Positions 53,862 through 64,000 of a stretch of DNA of 64,000 bases are shown here, in pieces. The DNA comes from Hormiphora californensis (taxonomy: Eukaryota; Animalia; Ctenophora), in NCBI GenBank assembly GCA_020137815.1, contig CM035350.1, forward strand, positions 6,572,001 to 6,636,000, written 5' to 3'. Position 1 is the first letter of the stretch. Each line of letters starts with the position of its first letter. Position numbers and translations under genes: made by a program. The notes beneath the pieces are model-generated. The model saw only the letters and a list, made by a program, of their open reading frames with translations, was not told where the DNA came from and did no database searches.

Positions 53862-54978
53862 TAATAATAAATAATAATAATAATAAAAATGACAGTTTAT
53901 ATCCCGCACTGACACAGTTTGTATACAGACAACTCGTTTTCCTTAATTTGAAAGGGACTGCAGTAGACTGCCTGCTCCTAGCACGGTTCTCTGATAACGG
54001 TGAGTTAGTGGGGAACTATCCCACTTGGATAAGATTATTACGGATGAAGTAGCAGCCGTCAGGATCTTCTGATCGTATCCGCTTTAAAGTGGACCTTAGA
54101 GCTTTTTGCTCTTTCAGTTCAGAGGGCGTAAGATCCGGAGAGAGATAAACAGCCGAAAACTGTTTGGAGTCTTTGAGGTTTCGTGCCTTTCTGAGGAGTG
54201 CGAGGAGAGTCGCTCTCTTCTCCAGGGATACTAAGAGCGGTCTAGGGCGCTTCTCATTTCTTTCGCCGATGCGTTTCATCGTAGTCACTTTCGGTTTCTC
54301 ATTTAATTCCTCAAAAAGTTCGTCTAAAGTAGTTTTAGCTACTCTATCGGTTGTTTCTGGGAGACCAAACACAACCATGTTCTTCTCTCTTCCGGGCTGT
54401 TGGACGGGAGTAGGATGACTCACTGGTAGTGGTTTTCCCACTTTGGGGGAGGTTGCAGCACAATTCTGTGCTAGCACAGTAGAGTAGGCTTTCACCTTCT
54501 GCACCGATGCTGTCACTGTACTGAGTTGTTGCTTCTGGTGGTTGATAACCGTTTGCTGAAGCTCGATTACGTTAACCCGATGGCGGTCAAGTTCTTCTTT
54601 ACATTCACGCAGCTGTTTCTCGAGGTTTTCCACACTGATAACCGTTTCAAAATTGTTCATTGTTGCTCGGGCAAGTTTCATACTGGAGAGAAAAATACGC
54701 GAAGTAGCCTCGATTATTTCACTCGTAGTTCGGTCCTTGAGACAATGTCTAAAGTACGAACCCCAGTGCTTGCTAGGCGAAGCTAAGCTGTCGTTGGTTA
54801 ACATTGAATCGGGTGCAGCTTGAATCGATCTATAACATTGAGTAAACTCATCTGGTGTGATGCTCGTCGTGTTGTCCGAATTCAACAGGTAAACTTCAGA
54901 AACAAAGTCATCCACCGTCTCTTCTAATCGTTTTATCATAGGGTTATCGCCCTCGTACTTCGCTTCCGACATTATCAA
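53862..54978 (-). mobile_element. ORF1-only LINE-like element (L2/CR1-type ORF1, 320 aa at 54016-54978) ending in an L2-like tail with (ATT)n
   Basis: Coiled coil followed by REKNMVVFGLPE...RIG...RPRPLLV...VYLSPDLTPSE (LINE ORF1 RRM/CTD pattern). About 110 nt after the stop comes GCGGGATATAAACTGTCATTTTT(ATT)n. No EN or RT sequence. Confidence 0.8.
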
Positions 54979-55786
54979 CGTTTCGTTTTTCTGCCCTTCG
55001 GGGCTGTTACATCGGATTCATCTTCCTGCTCAAATTAATTTGTTTAAAGTAGTGTTGAAAAGTTTGAAAAGGACTAAAAAAGTCAGCACACTCTTGACAT
55101 ATGCTAAACTGAGCTCTAGTCTTTGGGTTTTCATAGCTTTAAACTTTAAAGGAAAAAATGACGACACAAGTCTTGGAAGACCAACTTTAGAAAACAAAAA
55201 ACAGAAAATGTTCAAGATCAAGTTGCATTTTGTATTTTGAGCGATTGGAAACTCAAAGCGCGGCGCTAAATGCAGCGTATTCTTGTTGACAAATACGCCG
55301 CGCAGGTGTTATTGCATCTCGCGCCCCAACAAATTTTTCAAATTTTTTCGCCCCTTCGAAATTCGAAGATCGAAGTCGAATTTCGAACCCCACCGGGGCT
55401 TACAGGCTACAGTCTACAGACTCCAACGCCCTTAAGACAGAATAATTCAGTACCGGATACGATATCTCAAAAACAAATTGGCAATATTTCATCTTCAGGC
55501 TAATAAAAATCTCTGTCAGCAGTCAGGCCAATGCTCTTGGTCTTAATATTTTTATATTGACTTTGTGATAAATAGTGATTAAACTTAAACTTAAACTTAA
55601 ACTCTGACCACAGTTCTCGTGCGCTCCTTCTTATTTGAAAGAAATGAGAATAGGGTCAGGCCAATGCTCTCAGCTCTGACAGTGAAATCTAAAGTTCGAG
55701 TGTCGGACGACCTAAAGAATTGCACTGAAAGTATTAAATTTTTAAACTATTCATAATAGCAAATGGCGTGAGGGACTTTACAAACC

Positions 55787-58639
55787 ATGGGACGGATACA
55801 GATTGATAACTTTAAAACAATGAGTCCGGAGGGCAAGTTGATGATGCATGTCGGCCTGCCACCGCCTTTGACTGCCTTTAGCGCAAGCAAGAAGGTGCAG
55901 CGTAGATCACGGTAACAGTTCACACTTCACTGCTTCTATCAAGTTACTTGCATTAATCTTTTGAGTACAATTCTATAATGAAACCCCGTTTGCACAGGCC
56001 ATCCTCTACCAACACGGTTAAGTTTGTGCCGTCCAAGTCCAAGATGCATGACCTACCTCCTCGGGCTTCGGACGATTATATTCGGCGACTCAATATTGGT
56101 CTCTCATTCTCACGTAAGTAATAACTAAATCTTGAGTGGCCCATAATGCAGTGTGTGTGTGTGTGTGTGTGTGTCTGTTCTCAGCATGCGAGTACATTGT
56201 ATGGTCGCTCATTAATTCTCTCCCTTCAGACGATGTCGTATCGGAGAGTGCACCTGGTGCTTTGGCGTTTGAAGAGGTGCATCCGAAACAAATTTACTCC
56301 AAACCTAAGAATCTCTTTTCGCATCGAAGGGCACCAATCTCTAAAGGACCCCAAGGACGGCATAATGCTATCGGAGACCCAACAGCTCATCGACCATGCA
56401 CTCTGAGTGGTTAGTCATAACCAACCAATCTTTCTCTAGTCTCAACCTAACAAGTTGAAGTTGCTAACCATCTCCTATTTTTCAGTGCCAAGAGATATTG
56501 CTGACATTCGAAAACACAAGGCGTACCCTGTAAAACCATTTCTTAAGAAAGTTGTAAGTGTTAGCCATGCGAACTCCATAAATTAGCCACTCTCATTACT
56601 TGTTCATCACTCTCATTGCATTACTTGTTCATCACTTCACCATTACATTCAAATTCCAATGTGTTAACCATGTGACCTCTTTACTTGTCCGTTATTCACT
56701 TCATCATGCATGTAGTATGGAAACCTCTGTTATTATCCTCTATCATTACTATATAATTTATGGGGGACCCACTATGGGAAGCCCTTTTATTGTATAAAAC
56801 TATCTATTTGTAAACCATTTTAAACCATTTGTTCCAGGTGCAAGAGGAACAGAGTGTTGCTGGGCAGACGAGTGTTGCTGCTTCCACCACCCACTGGGAT
56901 GAATTTGTCCTCAACAAACTAAGTAATGACACTGCAGACTTTATTGTTAACAAACACTCCCACGGACAACAACGTGAGAGACTTCAAAATAAGGTACACA
57001 ATTCCTGCTGTTCGCTCTTATTATGTGACAATTAGTTAACTTTTGTTTCTCCAAAAAATACTGTTTTATTTGGAGAAAGACTTTTCCAATATTTCCATTG
57101 TTTTCCAATATTTCTGAACTGATCTGATTCTCATTTAGGTGTTGAGTGATAGTAAGGAGGAGATATCGAGTGAGATCTTCAAGGAAACTCAACATTTCTC
57201 CGTCGAATCAATATTCTTGGACAGGTCAATAACGTTCTATAATGCATGTGATGCTTGTGTATCAATATAAGTTCTGCATGACACACGGTTTGAATGTTGA
57301 AGAGCTGAAGCCCTCTAACATACTTACACAGGTCAACTTATATTGATTCTAATACAGATACACTTACACAGGAAGGCGGGTATTGATCATAGAACGACGA
57401 AGGGGTCCGTTAGTAGTTTTGTATTGTCTGAACATGACAAGGAGTCGGTAAAAGCGGGAACCCAAAAAGAGGAACAAACTCAGGACGAAATACAGGAGGA
57501 ATACATCCCAAAATATCTCGGTTAGTTCTTGTTGTTGTCATCTCCCCAATAAGTAGCAATATAATCACTGCGCTGGCAAGCGCAAAGGTGACCCCATCCA
57601 TCCCCCGAAAAAAATTTCCCCCAAAAACGGCCCGCTTGCTCACAGCGTATATATAGTTATTTCATACTTTTAGCCCATTTTGGCACTTTTTGACATGCCA
57701 TAACTCCCGAACCGGAAGAGCTAGGAAGCTGAAATTTTGTACTTAGAAGCTTCTTGTAGACCTCTATCGATGGTAAAAATTTCAAGTGGCTAGCTCTTTT
57801 TGTTCAAAAGTTATAACACCACCCCCAAAACAGAAAATTCAGTGTGGGGATAACTAGGTTGATACATACATACATACATACATACATGGATAGACGCTTT
57901 GTTACCTTCCGTTTGGTCCCAGTTTGAGACGAACCAGACATCGCACGACCTTAAACCAAGCGGCATTCGACAGATAATTGTCTCGTGCATGTACCCATCT
58001 GGGTCGCGACTCTTTATCTTAACTATGACGCGCGCAATGACGTCACGAGTGACGTCATTGCGCGAGACCGACTAACTTTTTTCAAACGCCTCTAGCACCA
58101 TGAAGACGTGTTCCGATTTCTGATTTGACGAAAAATCGTTACCGGCAAATTATCTGAACTTTCAGATACTATATAGCGAATTTTTGTAGCTTATCATTTT
58201 GAGCCCTTAAATCGCGTCGGAAGTCAAAAATTTGACGAAAAATTCAGCAAATTGAACGTTTTTCTAGCAAAAACTCCCTTTCCTGACCACTGTGGTCAAT
58301 GAAACTTTACAAGCTCCTTTGGGGTATTGATTCACAATATATCGTGATGCAATTAAGTCGTTACGACGTCACTAATTACGTCAAATGACGTCATTATGAC
58401 GTCTAAAATACGATTTTCACAGAAATTCATCTCGTTTCTCATATAACGCATCATTTCGACAATATTACATCATGAAATAATGTCATGCTGCGATTAGAAA
58501 CCAAAAAGGGACCTAAATTAAGCCAAAAACTAATTGAAATTAGTTGGCGGGAAAGGTGACCCACTTACACCTTTGCCTGCTGCCGGGATCAGGGATATAA
58601 GAGGTGAATATAATGGAATAAGACAGTGAAAGAGAGTGT

Positions 58640-58709
<70 letters not shown>

Positions 58710-59952
58710 CTTGGAGTACCTTGGAGTCGGATCCAAGGAAGGATCCGTTCGGCCATCTTGTAGCCAGGACGTCACTTTAGTAGCGGGCCCTTGAGTATCG
58801 TTTCCGGAAATTGGTTTCCAGGAACGAGGAAAGAAGAAACTTAAATGCAAGAAATAAAAGAAGAAACTTATATGAAATTTAATGAATAGCACCAGTTCAC
58901 CAGTGCTATTGTCTCTCAGGTGAGACCTCCACGACCTCTCGGCCTCTGATTACAAAGGACTTTCCGGGATGCTGGGCCTTCCTCTCCTTCATTTCTTTCA
59001 CTAGAATTCCTCGAGCTTCTCTTTCTTCCGGTGTAAGATCAGGTGAAATGTACACCCTTCCAAATATCTCACTATCCCTCAGCTTTGTCTTCTTTCTTAG
59101 GATCAGGAGCTGGGTTTCTCTGGACGCGAATGAGATCTTCAGAGGCCTGAACCGGTCCTCTGAATATCTACCCAATCGTTGAGCACTCTTCACGACAGGT
59201 TTCTCAGATAGCTCGGACCACAAGTCCGGGAGTTGCTCCTCTCCAGCCCCAGGGCTGTCCTTCAGACCATACACAACGATGTTGCAGGTACGGTCCTCAG
59301 CAACAGTAGCTTTCGCAACTGCTCGCTGTATTCTCTGCGGTGCAAGAGCGGTGTCACATTCTTTTTTCAACACAGACGAAAATGAGATGATTTCCTCTTT
59401 CACGGTAGTTTGCACTTCAGCAATAACATCGTCTCTCTTCTCAAGGAGCTGGGCCTGTAATTTTACCAGCTCAGCCTGTGCAGCAACCAGAGCTCTCTGA
59501 GCTGAGATGACCTCCTCCTGACGTTCAAAACACTTCGTCTCCATCTCCCTACACTTTCTTGCTTCTCTGAACGTTTTCTTCATAGCGGGGTACGCTCTCT
59601 CGATAAGCAGCTTGGAGGCTTTGGTTACCCATTCCACCAGCTCGACTTTGTTGATGCTGCTAATTTTGGATTTGGTCGGTACAGGAAGATCATCCCACAG
59701 TCCAACCTCCTCAACATCATCGTACTCGGCACCAAATATCTCCTGCTTCTTAGTTCCCGCGAGAAACAAAATGTCCTCAGTCAAACCCACCATATCATGA
59801 CGTAGAGAGTCATACTCATCAAAGCTTAACTTTCCAATGTCTCTCAATTTGATTCAAGAGAAACAAAGAGTAACGGTTATTCTCTGTGCGTGATCAGATA
59901 TTGCAATGTGCAAGATAACGAGACAAGCAACCAAAGCAAATTAACTTCCTAC

Positions 59953-60021
<69 letters not shown>

Positions 60022-63000
60022 AGACAGGGAGGAGAGAGAGGGATAGAACGAACAGGAATAAGTTACCCTCGAAAAATAAGGTATTGAGATACCGAGGGAT
60101 AGAATGAGAGTTCGTGGTGATACCCGGCAGTAGCAAAAGGTGTAAGTGGGTCACCTTTCCCGCCAACTAATTTCAATTAGTTTTTGGCTTAATAAGTAAT
60201 ATAATAAGTAATGTATTAGATTTTAGTTTCACACAGAAATTACAAGGATCAAAATTTAATTCTTTAAATTGCCGCTTTTTGTTTCTTCTGTCCCTATCAA
60301 CCGTGTGCATGTGTTGTAGCCCCAAACCACACCCCCACACCAACTGCCCATATCTTGAACCTGACAATCTAGACCCAGGTAAACCGCTGGAACGAAACTA
60401 CATGAGCCGCTTCCTCACAAAAGCGCAACAAAAGCGTGAGGATGGCGAGCAGGAGGATCCCCGGTTTATAAACAGCAAGTATAACCAGCACAAGTTGTTA
60501 AACAACCTGGAGCCCTTCACTGAGGACATGTTGAACGGTCGGTACTCCCTCCACTGTCCTGGGAATACTAGCAGGATTATATTTGACCAGCAGACACAGT
60601 ACCGAAAGAACCTGATCCCATGTTTCCCTGAGGCACCCGGAAAATGGGGACCTAAACAGGGCCTCAGAAAGGTTCCTGTTAGAGGTCATCGACCCTGGAT
60701 GGAGTACCCCAAATTAATTATCGTGAGTTAATTACTGTAAATTTTACCTTGTTTTCCTTGAGTGCAATATATTAATTACTCGACCCCGTTTCAGACAACA
60801 TACCAGCGTCAAGTGCTAAGTGAGACAGATGGTGGAACCCCTAACATGACTGAATCGGAAAGTATAGATGAGAGCGAGGAACTAACGAGTGACCTCCTGC
60901 TGGCAGCCCTGTCCACATGGCGAACAACCTGGTACATGGAGAACAAGTGGAGGGATGGATCTCTAGAGAACATAAACACGGTACATATATCGGGGTGGGT
61001 CGCGAAGGGGGGTTGGGGGACAGATCGTTTTTAAAGAGTGGAGGCAAAAACAGTTCTCTCTCCCTCGCCTGTTCTTTTATAAGCGAAATTTTCGTTTATT
61101 TCACAATCCTCCTGATGTGGGGGGGGGGGGAGATGGCGGGCTAGGAAGACCCAAAATCCTGTTTGAAAATAAATGTCAATAAGATTGACTGTGATTATTT
61201 TATGTGATGATGGTTTCCACAGGATATGAAGGATATATCTGAGCATGTGAGGATCACGGCAGCCATTGCGTGTGGGGCTGCACTGGGATACCGGTCAGAT
61301 TGGGACCTGGATGAGCCCCAACTAATATCAGAACACAGCTCAGACGGAGGGGGCAGTGAGGAGGGGGATCCAATCAGTGGGTTACATAGAGCTTACAGTC
61401 CTAGTGAACATCGCTCATCTTCCCAAAGGTAAGGAGGGTCCCCTTCTTGGCCAATTGCCTCCCCGCGAGAATGGTAAAGAGAGAGTATCACTCTCAGTTC
61501 TCACGACTCACCCTCTTATATACCCGCGTGGCCCAAATTAAAGGGAGGGTACGTTGGCCTTCTTTTCACCCAGAAGTTTAATTTCAATCACTCTGATATT
61601 TTGACACAATGTCTGCATGGGTACTCATTCGAGGAATCCGAAGTTTCAAATCATAAAAGTTGAAAGTTCATTAAGGAACTCAATTTTTCGTTTTTCGGGT
61701 TTTTTGAGGTTTTCTCTTGATTAAATTCGATTTTATTATTTTAAAAACCGCCATACAATAGAGCAAGTATCAACAAATGGCAATCTGCATTTTTATTAAA
61801 ATTGAATCAAGTTTAGTGGGTGAAATAAGTTATTTAAAGATGATATTTTTTACCAAACATCGATTTTGACCTGTTTTGACCAGAAATCGGTAAATTCAGG
61901 CGCTAAAAATCTGTACGGCCACTACACTTGATCAATTTTGATGTTAGCCGGAATTTAAGCTCTCTATCTTAAAATTCATTTTTCCGACTGGAATGAATCC
62001 TGAATGAACTTGAAAACAGGAATGCTTTTTGGAACCGGAATTTCACAGTTGCCTTCGGGTATCGATTTCCTTTCAAACGCGACTAATTTGAGCTCAATTG
62101 GACCACCACAAGAGACACAGTGTCTAGTTATCTAACCCTAGGTTTGGTCATCTGACACCTAATGAGACGATAGCGTCATTACTAAGTGCCAATAAGCAGG
62201 TGTAACGGTCGAGTATCACGTATCACGTCTGCTAATGAGGATGGTGTACCGATACAGCATCCGTTAAAATGTAAGCTCTCTTGCTAACACGTCATAATTT
62301 GATGGGGATCACATGACTTACCCTAGGCTTAGAAAACGGATCACTGTGATTCTTGTGGTGATCCAATTAAGCTCAAACTGGTCCCATTCGAAAGGAAATC
62401 GATAGCCAAACAAATTTGTGAAACTTTGGTACCGAAATATGGTCCCATATTGGTGTTCATTCAATGTTCATTCGGTCGAAAAAAATGAACTTTTATCCAG
62501 AGGGCTGAAACTTCGGATTCCTCGAATGAGTAACCATGCAGACATTGTGTCAAAATATCAGAGTGATTGAAATTAAAATTCTGGGTGAAAAGAAGGCCAA
62601 CGTACCCTCCCTTTAATTTGGGCCAGGCGGTATCTCTCACTCTCTATCTTCCTATCACTGAGCCCTCACACGTGTGTTCTAGGAGTGCCAGTCACAATGT
62701 TGTTGATAACCTAGTGCGACTGCTTGTTGATAAGTCCGAACGTGTCCAGGTTGCAGCAGCTGTCACGCTCCTCGCGATCGGGGCCTCCGTCGAAAAGGTA
62801 AGGCGCGAACTACGAAAGTACCGTGCGCGCTCATTGTCAGCATTTAAATTTTCCGCGCGTCCCCGTAGCAACAACCTCCCCGAACATGTGCTTTTATTGA
62901 TCCCCACGGCGGACAACTCACAACACCACCGCTTCCTTTTTCAGGCTAAATCCATCCTGCTGAAGTCATTGGGACGACCCGATACAATGCAAGCTGATGT

Positions 63001-63429
63001 GTGGGCGGCTGTGCAGTGTTTGGCTATGGAGAATGTAAATGAGAGGATCGTGATCGATAAGTTGATCATCATGACCCAGTCCCTCGACCCCCTAGTTCGT
63101 GTGACATCTACCAAGTTGCTTGTTAGACTGAGCCATCAAAGTGTACGTATAAAACATGGGGGGTCTTGCTGTCATAGTGATACCCGGGGTGGTATAGGAA
63201 ATGGGAGACAGGCCGGGAGGTAGGAGCGTCTGTGGGATGTTATAATACCATCTATTTTGTCCTGGCGAGGAGGTGACACTCTCAAACACATTGCTTCACA
63301 AAGGCATGGATGTCTAACTAAAGCTACTCTCTCAGAACGTTGTGCTGTTTATGGTAGCGGACATTCTGAACAATAAAATGTGGGCGAACAGATACATGGC
63401 CTGCAAAGTAATCCAGAAAATTAAAACTC
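55787..63429 (+). CDS. HEATR4: HEAT repeat-containing protein 4-like, multi-exon, probably continuing past the window (exons about 55787-55912, 55998-56113, 56230-56409, 56486-56553, 56839-56992, 57139-57224, 57373-57520, 60320-60722, 60795-60980, 61223-61428, 62683-62797, 62945-63143, 63337-63429)
   Basis: HWDEFVLNKLS..TA.FIV; PVRGHRPW; AALSTWRTTWYMENKW...DMKDISEHVRITAAIAC resembles the HEATR4 segment as I recall it; HEAT repeats (LLVDKSERVQVAAAVTL; DPLVRVTSTKLL). GT-AG boundaries. Gene name is from recollection of the family. Confidence 0.75.
57561..58516. mobile_element. Intronic non-coding repeat element with terminal hairpin, AAAGGTGACCC motif and (TACA)n tract (Helentron/HINE-like)
   Basis: TGCGCT-GGCA-AGCGCA hairpin next to AAAGGTGACCC; (CATA)n at about 57862-57886; internal segment homologous to the 39.4-kb Helitron; a similar hairpin end lies at about 2760-2785. 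Confidence 0.55.
58517..60193. mobile_element. Unit bounded by about 72-bp inverted repeats (TTAA at both ends), containing a split (GA)n tract and an ORF1-only retroelement
   Basis: ATTAAGCCAAAAACTAATTGAAATTAGTTGGCGGGAAAGGTGACCCACTTACACC at about 58517 and its reverse complement at about 60138-60193. Confidence 0.8.
58706..59955 (-). mobile_element. Second ORF1-only LINE-like element (313-aa ORF at 58906-59847) with a 3' hairpin and tandem-repeat tail
   Basis: EDRTCNIVVYGL...RLG...RPLKISF...VYISPDLTPEERE; minus-strand 3' end CGGATCC-TTCCTT-GGATCCG then (ACTCCAAGGT)x2 running into (CT)n; (GA)n on both sides; no ORF2. Confidence 0.8.
61523..62630. mobile_element. Tc1/mariner-type non-autonomous element, about 125-bp TIRs, TA TSD, in a HEATR4-like intron
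   Basis: TA|CCCGCGTGGCCCAAATTAAAGGGAGGGTACG...CGTACCCTCCCTTTAATTTGGGCCAGGCGG|TA, with further degenerate inverted repeats inside (about 61975-62125 versus 62340-62490). Confidence 0.9.
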
Positions 63430-64000
63430 GTAAGTGAAAAAAACATCATTTTCCAATGCTTTTTCTCCCTGTATGGCGGTGCCAGACCCCGATTTGATTC
63501 TCAGATCGACAGTACATGCAAATGGGGTCTGCGGCGCCAGACAACTATCTCCCTCATATCACTTCAAATATGAATTATTGAATTCGGTTTAATTCTGTCA
63601 ACAATGCCTCGAGAACAAATTGACAACAGAATTAGAGTGAGAGTGAGTAGTAGAGTCGATAACTACATCGACCTCTCCCAATTGTTCCAGTTTTTGTCAC
63701 ATCAGTTTGGAGCCTCGACACGACCTCTAAACAGGTGTTACTTTTTCACAAACTGTTTTCATCTTGGTGTAATCAGCAGTTGAAATGTTGTTGATCATAA
63801 CAAAAACCTGACTAAATTTTTTCAACTTGGGGTAAAACCATGGGTGTCAAAAGTTAGCTCTAGGTCCCCTGAGTAACCATCCGGAGACTCCAAGAGATAT
63901 TTCAAGCCGTTCTCCTGTAATCATTAATCCCGGTAGAGCACATATTTGAGTATGGACGTACGTGCAATTGCCTACAACCTCAACTTTAATGTATAACGTT

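Noticed and set aside
61538-62616. Reading the 61.5-62.6 kb element as a TTAA-targeting transposon
   Set aside because: The inverted repeat extends beyond the TTAA out to TA dinucleotides, so the TTAA is internal and the TSD is TA.

Overview
Eukaryotic, animal-like genomic DNA with many GT-AG introns, abundant (GA)n microsatellites and dense non-autonomous transposons. It is most probably a ctenophore of the Pleurobrachia type; this is an inference from recalled repeat and domain families, not a database result. Six genes run head-to-tail on the minus strand: copine (with a nested intronless actin-related gene and two duplicated alternative last exons), a small single-pass membrane protein carrying a stand-alone dynein microtubule-binding-like domain, MED6, CRCP/RPC9 (with an antisense secreted-protein gene in its intron), a frameshift-riddled NPC1, and an AIP3-domain SRCIN1/KIAA1217-like gene. 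A HEATR4-like gene runs on the plus strand from about 55.8 kb. Mobile DNA includes tandem and nested Helitrons, TTAA-, TTA-, TA- and 8-bp-TSD MITEs, a 1-kb foldback inserted into the last codons of MED6, a Penelope-like palindromic insertion with a hammerhead-ribozyme-like motif, a CRE-type retrotransposon fragment and two ORF1-only LINE-like elements. The best candidates for undescribed biology are the membrane-anchored dynein-MTBD-like protein, the ORF1-only retroelements, the in-frame copine C2-C2/actin splice option and a possible trans-spliced MED6-CRCP operon. Exon boundaries were read by eye and may be off by a few bases.
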